From Eledone cirrhosa (lineage: Eukaryota): 64,000 bases of DNA. Position 1 is the first letter of the stretch, and every line of letters begins with the position of its first letter. The translations under genes were made by a program, and so were the position numbers. The stretch is from positions 224,316,001 through 224,380,000 of the forward strand of contig OZ024740.1 in assembly GCA_964016885.1 (NCBI GenBank), read 5' to 3'. This document shows positions 38,879 to 49,675 of the stretch, piece after piece. Under the pieces are notes generated by a model. It saw only the letters and a program-made list of their open reading frames with translations. It was not told the DNA's origin and did no database searches.

Positions 38879-41800
38879 GGCGACCTACGTAGTAAATCGT
38901 ATTATCGTGAGCTCTGCAAATGTTTGTTATGTTCAGTTGTTTAAAATTGCCATTTATGGAAATTTTTTATTGTTAACTGTATATAAGTGCACATACATTA
39001 TTTTCTGAAAAGGACACTCAAAAGGATTGGGGCCTTCAGCCCAAAAAAAGTTAAACATTTATAATTATCAAACAAAAATTTTTCTTTGAAAAATCATGGA
39101 CGTCTCAGAGTCACACCTTCCTCACAAACTAACACCTCACACCGACACCACCATTGTAAATATTGCTACGTTTGCCAACACTAAAAATATAACCAGTAGC
39201 AATATTTTAAATTTGTCTCAGGCAGACTTTCATTTCCCGCCATTACCAATGACTGCAGGTCTTGAAGCCGCCACCCACACCACCACTACCACCACCACCA
39301 CAACGACAACAGAAACAAAATAAAAAAAAACAGAAGCAACTGTAACAGCAACAAGCGCAGCAACAGTAGCAAAACCAATACCACCACCACCCAACTCGCC
39401 AGAACTAGCACCAGCGCTTACACCATCCACCACGCCACAACCAAAACCAGCGCCTGTGGAGGATTTTCCACTCCCCGGCTTATCGCAACTGGAGACAGAT
39501 TGTGACAACCAGGAGTGGGAAACAGTATCAGGAAAAAAGAAAAAAAGAAACCAAAAAAGAAAAAATTCTCTTCCTTCCCCCTCCAAAAACAAAATACAGA
39601 GGGAAACAAATAAACTCTCAAACAAAAAAGTTAGGAGAGATATGCCACCATCCACACCAGCATCACCAACCCCATCATCACAAACACCAACACATTCACC
39701 ATCATTAACCCCAACAACACCATCACCAACACCACAAAAGTCACCAAAAAGCGTAACAGAAACAAACCCACAACAAACGCAAACAAAACAAAACAACCAA
39801 AACGATACACACTACACAGCATAAAATTTGAACAACAACCAATTATTACACTACATTCAACACAACACCAGCATCACAGAAAAAGACTACACAACAACCC
39901 AAAAGTTCACACCACCTCCACACATACAAATCACTCGCATCACACAGAAAACGTACACGACACTAAAACAAAAATACCCCAAAGACATCGGAGACTTTCG
40001 ACAAACACGCTCCAGGAGGATTTATAAGGACATCCTTTACGTAGGAGGCCACAAGCAGTGAAAAGGATGGACAAACCATCCTTCCCCTGCGAGGAGTAAG
40101 GCAAGTGGTCTTTCCCATCTTTTCCACTCCATTTCAACATGACCTCACACAGAATAGGCAGTATAAATGCGCGTGGCTTGGGGTCGTCATGGAAGCAGGG
40201 CCACCTGCTCAACGACCTCAGGTCACTAAACATAGATGTAGTGGCCATCAGCGAGACCAGAATCTCCGAAGCACGGGCCTTCGCACCGATCTTCGGCGGC
40301 TGCGATGTGTACGCATCTCCCAGCCGTCCGGGATCGGGGGGATGAGTTGCTGTGCTTTTTAGGAGAGGTTTGGACCTCGCTATACGGGCCAGCTTCCTGG
40401 AACAGGAAGGTAAATTGGTGGTGCTAGACGTGACCAGCGGAGACGTACAAGCTTTTAGGCTAGTGGCCGTCTATGCCCTGACAGGAACAGGGCGGCCTGA
40501 TTTCTTCCGGCGTCTGGAGACCTTTCTTGGAACGTCCCGCTCTTTAGTGTTAGTGGGCGACTGGAACGGGATCTTAGATGCACGCTGGAACTTTATGGGA
40601 TTAGCGGATAGGTTTAGCATAGGCTGTCCACAATTCAAGATAGTCAGCTACACGGACCACAAATTCGTGATCTGTGTGCTTGACTTAGATAACCTTCATA
40701 GACGAGGACCCGGCTACTGGAAGCTAAACGCGTCCTTACCAGCGCGCAAGGCCTACAGAGACCGGATTAGCGAACTAGTTAAGAGGGCGTTGACGGGGGC
40801 CATCGTCAACAACAAGTGGTGGTTTGCTCTGAAAAGAGCAATTAGAATAGAGTCCATTAGGTTTATTAAGGCTTTAGCAATAGAGAAAAATAGAGCAGAG
40901 GCAGAATTAGTTAGCGGCGGGCCGGATCGAGGGATGCACTTTAATGTCTACCTCGACGGACTGCCGCGGCTCTCGGCCACAGAGTCGGAGTGTTGCAAAA
41001 AGCCGATAACAGCTGATGAAGTACGGGAGGCAATGACTGGCTGCACAAGGGGTAAATCGCCTGGTTTTGATGGTCTGCCCTATGAACTTTATGTACAGAT
41101 GCAAGACTTGTTAGGAGGCCTCTTGGCGGACGTCTACTGCAACTGGCAACAGAACGGGAGAATTCCCAGTTCTGTGAGCCGAGGAGCGGTGGCACTGCTG
41201 AGAAAGGATCCAAACAAGGGGATAACATAGGTAATTTCCGGCCCATAACTCTGCTAAACACAGAGTTCAATATTTTGGCCAAGGTGCTAGCAAAGAGGTT
41301 GGCGCTTGTCGTTGGTGGTCTGGTGGGAGAGGCGCAGACATGCGCCATTCCCAACAGATCCATCCACGACAACCTCCACCTCATGCGATACATCGTAGAG
41401 AGGGTAGCTAGGGAACCTGGCACGGGTGGGTCCTTGATCAATTTAGATCAGTCGAAAGCTTTCGATAGGGTCGACCATCGTTACCTAGTGGCAGTCCTGA
41501 GGGTGGCTGGCTTTGGGCCCGTCTTCAGAGGCTGGATCGCTGCCATGCACAGCGACATCTGCTCTGTGGTGAGAGTGAACGGTCACAATTCGGAACCGTT
41601 CAACATCATGCGCTCGGTCCGCCAAGGATGTCCCCACTCGTCCCTCTTGTACGTATTGACTATCGAGACATTACTGCACAAACTGGAGACGTTGAGGGGG
41701 GTTCCGCGCGAACTAGGATGCGGAAGATCCGTGTCAGCATATGCGGACGATGTCACCGTAGTGGTGTCGAACCCCAAACACATCGAGGCGATCGGCACTA

Positions 41801-43358
41801 CACTAAGAGAATACGAAGCGGTGACAGGAGCAATGATCAACCAGGAAAAGTCAGTGGGCCTGCAGCTCGGCACCTGGAGAGGCAGGTCCATGCCGTCCAA
41901 CAGCGTCGTCTGGCGCTGGACGGACGGACCAGTTAAATTGGTCGGGGTCTGGTTCGGTCCGCATCTCCAGACGAACAAAAACTGGAACGAGGTGACGAGC
42001 AGGGTGGCTTCTCTCACCCAGAAATGGGCCGAGAGGAAGCTATTCCTGAAAGGTCGAGCGGAGGTGGCTAACGCGTATATCGCATCCGTCATCTACTACC
42101 GCCTGACCGTCGTACATTGTCCTAAGCCCCACCTGACTACGCTGGAGCGTTTGCTCTTTCGCTTTTTGTGGTAGGGACGCGCTCCGATGGTCAGGTGGTC
42201 CATCTGCTGTCAACACCCGCTACGTGGAGGGCTGGGAATACCGTGGCTGATGATGCGCAGACACGCGCTCAGGCTACGACATCTCCACCTCTTCCTCGAC
42301 GGTGATCAGGTGTGGTCACCGTTTGCTTGAAGCGTCTTTCCCCAGCTCGTCTCCTTGACGGAACTGCAGTCCTGGGTCAAGCGAAGACCGAGAGGGAGCG
42401 CTTGGAGACTGGAATGTCTTCAGGCGCTCACAGCCCTCGACCAATCGGGCAATGTGATCGGTAGAAATTCCACCTTGGCGTTCTATAGAGGATTAGTGGA
42501 AGGGAAGAGCGACGACGTACTTGGGGAAACTCTAGGCGTCGACGAAAATCAACTAGCCAATCTCTTCGGAAGAACTTTTGGGCCAGGGCCTATGGACAAC
42601 TTCCAGAAATCCCTGGCCTGGCAGTGCTACCGAGGAGCCTTGCCAGTTCGGGATAAACTCTACAGGCATGGAGGTGCCGTCAGCCGGGCATGTCCGAGAT
42701 GCGCGCAGGGCGACGTAACCGTCCTGCACGCATTCGTCCAGTGTCCGAGCATTGCTGACTTGTGGGTTTATGTCAAACATCTGCTGTCGCGTGTAGGACG
42801 GATCCGGGTATCAGCTGACTCCATCGTGAGGATTGCCCCGCCCTCTTCCTTTGGCCGGGAAGGGCAGGCAGTTTTTATCTGTCTGGTGGCCATGGCGAAA
42901 GAGATAGTATGGTGGACACGTTTGAAAGGGCTGAAGACGAGCACTTACCTCTTCGGTGATGCTCTGATTAACTTTTTCAAATTTCGTTTGAAAAGGAAAA
43001 TCAGGGTAGAAAGGGAAGTGCTCTCTTCCCAGCATTTTGTTGAAAGATGGGTGAGAGAGGCAAGAATGGCCCGAGTGAATGGGCCTACTCTGAGTATGTG
43101 TCTGTAAATTAAAGGTGGAAAACTGGGAGAGGGCACTTGCCCTGGTGGTCAGGGTCACTGTGGCTTTTTAATGGGCTTTCTCCACGAATGTCCCTCGGAA
43201 GTCTCCCCCCTATTGGGGAATTTTTTCATTGTTCTATTATTACATCCTCTATTTCTTGTTTTTTACACGCAGAAATGCCCATTTGTACCGCCCTGTATTG
43301 TCCTGTACTGTCCTTAATGTCTACTTTATGATACCCTTGTGGTTAATAAAGAAAGCTT
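38879..43358 (+). mobile_element. Tx1/L1-group LINE: ORF1-like remnant plus disrupted ORF2 (APE-RT-CCHC), with internal deletions
   Basis: APE motifs IGSINARGL, ISET, LVAVYA, LVGDWN and YTDH...GYWKLN. RT motifs SPGFDGLP, FRPITLLN, DQSKAFDRVDH, VRQGCP and YADD. CPRCAQGDVTVLHAFVQC knuckle. aataaa near the 3' end. (ATT)n on both sides. Confidence 0.9.
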
Positions 43359-43380
43359 TATTATTATTTATTATTATTAC

Positions 43381-43560
43381 GGTGGATTGGCAGTATCGGT
43401 AGAGGGTCGGACGCCATGCTTTCCAGCATAGTTACGTCCCTTTACGATCTGAGTTCAAATCCCGCCGAGGTTGACTTTGCCTTTCATCCTTACGGGGTCG
43501 ATAAAATAAAGTACCAGTAATGCACTGGGTAATTGCTGGCCTTGTGCCTAAAGTAGAAAC
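43381..43560 (+). mobile_element. Family-M SINE, full length, (ATT) tail
   Basis: A-box-like tggcagtatcgg and B box gttcaaatcc. The central gactttgcctttcatcc..ggggtcgataaaat..gtaccag resembles the Meta-type SINE domain as recalled (unverified). Confidence 0.9.
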
Positions 43561-46186
43561 AATTATTATTATTACAGTTGCATTTATCTTGCTTTATGTT
43601 CATACGAGTTATCACCAAGTCACAGCCAGTGACCTCAAGACACAACAAGGTCCGCCATGACAGAATCTTCCTTAGTATATGGGCAGTTCCCATTAGTACT
43701 ATCTTTTGTATTTCTCCTATACGCGGGTTTCCTGGGATTTGCGATAAGTAATCATCAGGCCCCTTAGGTATCATTCCCAGAGCGCCTACAACCACTGGTA
43801 TTGTTTTAGTTCTCAATTTCCACATTTTTCCAATTTCTATCTCCAGGTCCTTATACTTGCTCAATTTTTCAAATGTTTTTATAGATACATTCTTGTCTAT
43901 TGGAACAGACATATCAATTAGCAGGCATACCCTCTTTTTAAAGTCCTTCAATATTATATCATGTCTATTTGCATCTATTTTTCGGTCTGTTTGGATGCTA
44001 AAGTTCCACAAGATTGAGATGTGATCTTTTTCAAGTATGGGAGGTGGTTGATGCTCCCACCAATTCTTTTGATGGGGCAGGTCAAAATGCTTACACATTA
44101 TCCAATGTATGTATTGTGCAGCTCTGTCATGCCTGTTTAGGTATTCGGTTGTAGCTATAGGACAGCACATTGAAATTATATGGTCAATGGTCTCTGGTTG
44201 TTTTTTGCATACACGGCATAATGGGCTGCATCCATTTTTTATTATGTTGGCTTGGTAATTTTTTGTTGGCAGACACTGATCTTGTGCTGATATAATCAGT
44301 CCTTCAGTCTCCGATTTCAGTCCAGAGGATGCCAACCACTGATGGGTTAAAGTTTTGTCAACATCAGGATTGTTAGCTCGCTCTGGGTATTTTCCATACA
44401 GAGGCTTTTCTTGCCATTTCTTAGCCAGTTTCTGTAGCAGTTCTTTCTTTGCAGTTACTTTTACCTGCTTGGCTTTTTCTGTGTTTTCCATTTCAGCAGT
44501 AAATGGTACTTCTGAAATTTGTAGTCCATTACTGTATCTTTGTGCATCTTTTGTAATGGAATAAGATCTTTTGATGCTTTCGTGTTTCAAAACGAGTTTG
44601 ATCATCCAATCATGTGATTCCCTTAGATATGTAGATAATCCAATTGTTGCAGTTTTCAACGCAATGTCTAACTGGATTAACCCACGTCCTCCTTCTTTCC
44701 TAGGGAGATATATTCTATCTATATCTGCCTTAGGGTGATGCATTCTGTGCATGGTTAAGAATTTTCGAATTTTTGTATCGAGCCTACGGATCTCTGCGCT
44801 TGACCAGTTGATGACATTGTAACTGTAGGTTACTACTGGTATGGCAAGCGTGTTTATGGCATCGATCCTATTCCTTGCATTCAATTCCGTTCTTAAGATT
44901 GCTCTTACTCTGCGGTAACATTCCTTCCTTATCCTTTCCCTCATTGTCGAGTGCTTGATTCCGTCTCCTTCACAAACACCTAGATATTTGTAAGTTTTTT
45001 CTTGATCAAGTTCTCTTATCACGTTCCCCCGATCAAGATTAATGTCTGAACTCTTCAGCAGCTTTACTCTGGTGAACGTTGCTTTGGCGCATTTATCTAG
45101 TCCAAACTCCATTTTAATGTCATCACTGAACTGCTCCACAGTGGATAATAGCCCTTGCAATTGTTCATCATTTTTTGCAAATAGTTTCAGGTCATCCATG
45201 TAGAACAGGTGATTAATGGTTTTGTCATAGACTTTATATCCATGTTTTGTTTCATTGAGCATTTTACTTAATGGTACAAGTGCGATGCAGAATAAAAGCG
45301 GTGATAAAGAGTCACCCTGAAAAGTTCCACAATTAATATTAACTTCTCCAGCTTCCAGTGATTTTGTTTCACTATTCAAAAGGAGTGTCGTTTTCCATGT
45401 CTTCATACTGAATGACAAAAACCTCCTGACAACGGGGGATATTTTGAAAATCTCTAAACATTTTTCAATCCAACTGTGTGGCAAACTATCGAATGCTTTT
45501 GTATAATCTATCCAAGCAATCGATAGATTTTTGTGTCTATTATGACAATCTTCCAGTATCATTTTGTTAACCAGAAGCTGATCCTTACAGCCATATGAGC
45601 CTCGTTTACACCCTTTCTGCTCAATGGGAAATAGGTCATTTGTTATCAGGTGGTCATATGTGTATTCAGTTAGGACTGATGTTAAAATTTTATACATTGT
45701 GGTCAAGCAAGTTATCGGTCTGTAATTTTTGGGATTGTTTGTCTCATCATTCTTCGGAAGCAGGAATGTAATGCCGTTAACTAGCCATGATGGTATCTTT
45801 TCTGGCTCCTTAACTATTTCATTGTAAAGTTGGGCTAACAGCTCATGAGACTCTGTGAAGGCATTTATCCAAAAGTTTTGTATTTTGTCTTTTCCTGGGG
45901 ATTTCCATATGCTGGTTTTTCTTAGAGCCAAGCGCAACTGTTCAACTGTTATATTTTCCCATATTTGTTCCTCAAGGTGAGCTGTATCTTTCAATTGTCT
46001 GTCTATCCATGGGGCATGTATGTTATGAACTTTTTCTTCGGCCCAGATCTTTTCCCAGAATACTTGCACTTCCTCCTTGGGTGGTATTGATTTAGCAGTT
46101 ATTGTTGACTTACCAATTTTTCTGTAGAAGTTTCTTTGGTTGTTTTTGAACATATTATTGTCCTTATAGAATCTAGCGTTTTTCAA
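43490..46186 (-). CDS. Reverse transcriptase + CCHC + restriction-like endonuclease ORF (898 aa, 5'-truncated; the last ~55 codons are read-through)
   Basis: WKSPGKD, NYRPITCL, IDYTKAFDS, FQGDSLSPLLF, YMDDLKL, CRVCKKQPETIDHIISMC, RHD, R(H)DIIL...LIDMSVP...KLSKY. Confidence 0.85.
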   Translation of the reverse strand: MKNARFYKDNNMFKNNQRNFYRKIGKSTITAKSIPPKEEVQVFWEKIWAEEKVHNIHAPWIDRQLKDTAHLEEQIWENITVEQLRLALRKTSIWKSPGKDKIQNFWINAFTESHELLAQLYNEIVKEPEKIPSWLVNGITFLLPKNDETNNPKNYRPITCLTTMYKILTSVLTEYTYDHLITNDLFPIEQKGCKRGSYGCKDQLLVNKMILEDCHNRHKNLSIAWIDYTKAFDSLPHSWIEKCLEIFKISPVVRRFLSFSMKTWKTTLLLNSETKSLEAGEVNINCGTFQGDSLSPLLFCIALVPLSKMLNETKHGYKVYDKTINHLFYMDDLKLFAKNDEQLQGLLSTVEQFSDDIKMEFGLDKCAKATFTRVKLLKSSDINLDRGNVIRELDQEKTYKYLGVCEGDGIKHSTMRERIRKECYRRVRAILRTELNARNRIDAINTLAIPVVTYSYNVINWSSAEIRRLDTKIRKFLTMHRMHHPKADIDRIYLPRKEGGRGLIQLDIALKTATIGLSTYLRESHDWMIKLVLKHESIKRSYSITKDAQRYSNGLQISEVPFTAEMENTEKAKQVKVTAKKELLQKLAKKWQEKPLYGKYPERANNPDVDKTLTHQWLASSGLKSETEGLIISAQDQCLPTKNYQANIIKNGCSPLCRVCKKQPETIDHIISMCCPIATTEYLNRHDRAAQYIHWIMCKHFDLPHQKNWWEHQPPPILEKDHISILWNFSIQTDRKIDANRHDIILKDFKKRVCLLIDMSVPIDKNVSIKTFEKLSKYKDLEIEIGKMWKLRTKTIPVVVGALGMIPKGPDDYLSQIPGNPRIGEIQKIVLMGTAHILRKILSWRTLLCLEVTGCDLVITRMNIKQDKCNCNNNNCFYFRHKASNYPVHYWYFILSTP

Positions 46187-46270
46187 AGCGCCTGATACGA
46201 GCAGCTTTGGTCGACACTTTTTGCTTGATTATTTCTATCAGCATGTCTATGTCACATGTTGAATTTATAC
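43578..46270 (-). mobile_element. R4/Dong-like RLE non-LTR retrotransposon, family B copy 1
   Basis: Contains the uninterrupted ORF 43490-46186. Flanked by (ATT)n. Confidence 0.95.
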
Positions 46271-46296
46271 TGTATTATTATCATTATTATTATTAT

Positions 46297-47529
46297 TTGC
46301 ATTTATCTTGTTTTATGTTTATACGAGTTATCACCAGGTCACAACCAGTGACCTCAAGAGACAACAAGGTCCGCCATGTTCAAGAAAGAACATACATATT
46401 CACACATGCATCCTTAGTGTTTAGACTTGTGATGTACTTATATTGACAGGATCTTCCTTAGTATATGGGCAGTTCCCATTAGTACTATCTTTTGTATTTC
46501 TCCTATACGCGGGTTTCCTGGGATTTGCGATAAGTAGTCGTTAGACCCCTTAGGTATCATTCCCAGAGCGCCTACAACCACTGGTATTGTTTTAGTTCTC
46601 AATTTCCACATTTTTCCAATTTCTATCTCCAGGTCCTTATACTTGCTCAATTTTTCAAATGTTTTTATAGATACATTCTTGTCTATTGGAACAGACATAT
46701 CAATTAGCAGGCATACCCCCCTTTGAAAGTCCTTCAATATTATATCAGGTCTATTTGCATCTATTTTTCGGTCTGTTTGGATGCTAAAGTTCCACAAGAT
46801 TGAGATGTGATCTTTTTCAAGTATGGGAGGTGGTTGATGCTCCCACCAATTCTTTTGATGGGGCAGGTCAAAATGCTTACACATTATCCAATGTATGTAT
46901 TGTGCAGCTCTGTCATGCCTGTTTAGGTATTCGGTTGTAGCTATAGGACTGCACATTGAAATTATATGGTCAATGGTCTCTGGTTGTTTTTTGCATACAC
47001 GGCATAATGGGCTGCACCCATTTTTTATTATGTTGGCTTGGTAATTTTTTGTTGGCAGACACTGATCTTGTGCCGATATAATCAGTCCTTCAGTCTCCGA
47101 TTTCAGTCCAGAGGATGCCAACCACTGATGGGTTAAAGTTTTGTCAACATCAGGATTGTTAGCTCGCTCTGGGTATTTTCCATACAGAGGCTTTTCTTGC
47201 CATTTCTTAGCCAGTTTCTGTAGCAGTTCTTTCTTTGCAGTTACTTTTACCTGCTTTGCTTTTTCTGTGTTTTCCATTTCAGCAGTAAATGGGACTTCTG
47301 AAATTTGTAGTCCATTACTGTATCTTTGTGCATCTTTTGTAATGGAATATGATCTTTTGGTGCTTTCGTGTTTCAAAACGAGTTTGATCATCCAATCATG
47401 TGATTCCCTTAGATATGTGGATAATCCAATTGTTGCAGTTTTCAACGCAATGTCTAACTGGATTAACCCACGTCCTCCTTCTTTCCTAGGGAGATATATT
47501 CTATCTATGTCTGCCTTAGGGTGATGCAT
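46297..47529 (-). mobile_element. R4/Dong-like family B copy 2 (3' ~1.2 kb, intact stop and 3' UTR)
   Basis: ORF 46438-47574 is nearly identical to the C-terminus of copy 1 and has canonical RPDIIL. Confidence 0.95.
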
Positions 47530-47555
47530 TATTATTATTATTATTATTGTTGTTA

Positions 47556-49056
47556 TTCCTTGAATCTCAGTCATTGATGTTGGTTAACTGGAAAGTCCGT
47601 TGGATTGAATATCAAGCCACTACCTGCAGCCTCAGATATTCAGTACGTATCGGAGGGTTCTTGCTGTTCCAAGCAAGCATGCCTTTTGAAGCGTTCCAAA
47701 AAGCGTGAAGGGGCCGATTTTCTTTAACCATCCCTGGAAGCTTTTGGAGATAGTCCCCAGTGCGCCTATAACAATCGGGATCACTTTGACTTCATGGCAG
47801 TTCCAAATCCTTTTCACCTCCCACTTTAGGTCCTGGTATCGGTTAATTTTCTCCCTCTCCTTCTCTTGCACTCTCGTGTCGAACGGGCAGGCCACATCCA
47901 CAATCAGACACGATCTTTTTTCTTTGTCCACAACCACCAGGTCAGGTCTATTGTGTTCCAGTTTTTTGTCCGTCTGTATCCTAAAATCCCACAGCACCTT
48001 CACCTGTTCGTTCTCCATCACCGCCTCTGGCCTATGCTCATACCATTTCTCAGAATGTGGTAAATTGTTTACTTTGCACAGGTGCCAGTGGATCACCCTG
48101 CCCATCACATCGTGTCTCCAGCCCTTGTAGTGGGTCTGGGCTAGGTGTTTACACTCGGACACAATGTGAGCCACAGTCTCCTCTCTCTCTCCACAGATCC
48201 TGCACAGTGGGCTAGCCTCCTCCTTGTAAATATGGTGCTTCAACCACTTCGTTTTGAGGGCCTGCTCCTGCGCAGCCATTAGCATTCCTTCTGTAGCCTT
48301 TTTGAGGTCTCCTCTTCTCAACCAGTTCCATGTCTGTGGATCTCTAAATTCAGTTTTCTCAAAGAAGGTACTATGAAGGGATTTTCCCTTAAGGCTGCTC
48401 TTCCTCCTTGATGTTATTTCCTCCTTGGACATCCCCTGGCCTACTGTCCCCTCCTTCAGTACAGCTCTGAGCATTGGCTCCTTACTATAGGTCACGTATT
48501 TGTATAGGTTGTTTTTCTCCATCTGAAAACAGTCCTCTATGCTGATAAGACCTCTTCCACCCTCAGATCTCCTTAGGTAGAGTCTATCGACATCACTCCT
48601 CTTGTGGAACATGTTGTAGATAGTCAATAGCTTCCTAGTCTTCCTATCCATTTCTTTTTGTTCAGCAACATTCCATCTCAGAATTCCCGCACTGTACCTA
48701 ATAATAGACACAGCTCGGGAATTTACTGCGTTTATGGCATTTCTGCTGTTCAGATGTGACTTCAATACGCTCCTTACTCTCCGAATGTATTCAGTTCTTA
48801 ACAATTCCTTCATTTTTTTGTTCTTTATGCCATCAGCCTCCAGAACGCCCAAATACTTGTATCCTTCCTCAGAGTCATTTTCCTTTATCATCTCACCTGT
48901 TGGTATCTGGATCCCGTTACTTCTGCTCAACCTACCCCTCCTCATCACAATGACTCCACATTTACCAATACCAAACTGCATACATATATCACTGCTGAAG
49001 ATACGGACAGTGTCAACAAGCACATCCAACTCCTTCTCACTTTTCCCGAAGAGCTT
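47556..49056 (-). mobile_element. R4/Dong-like family A copy 3 (open for 465 codons)
   Basis: ORF 47632-49029: YKYLG, GGRGL, CRICGEREETVAHIVSEC, RPDLVVVD, IVDVACP. Followed by (ATT)n at 49059-49122. Confidence 0.95.
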
Positions 49057-49058
49057 AA

Positions 49059-49122
<64 letters not shown>

Positions 49123-49635
49123 TTAGAAATCATCATTAAATATATAAATGAAAGCATTAATATTTATCAACATACTTATTTGTTTTATATTTGTTGTGAA
49201 AGTAAAGTGGTACAATATAGATAATGTTCGAAATTCCACTCACGCACATTGTTATATCAACATTCTATTACTGTATGAGCTGTAAAGGAAAGAAATTCCT
49301 CCTTCAAGCTTTGATCTACACTCAGCAGATATGCTTAGGAGAAATTTCATCTGATACATTCAAATAATAATTGTTTCCAACATAAGTGCAGAGCCAGAAA
49401 TTCAGATAGAGAGTTTTATAGAATTGATCCTTGTACTTTATTCATAACATATTTTACCAATTTTTAACCTAAATAAGATTTGAACTTAGTTTTTAAAAGG
49501 CCATAACTGTATAATTCTGGATATTAAAAGAAAGGGCTATGAATTTATAGGTACATACTAGGTTTTCTAAACTGAATTATATTCTAGTGAAATTTGTACA
49601 TAAAAATTTTAGAAGATACAATTAAATACTCTAAC

Positions 49636-49671
<36 letters not shown>

Positions 49672-49675
<4 letters not shown>

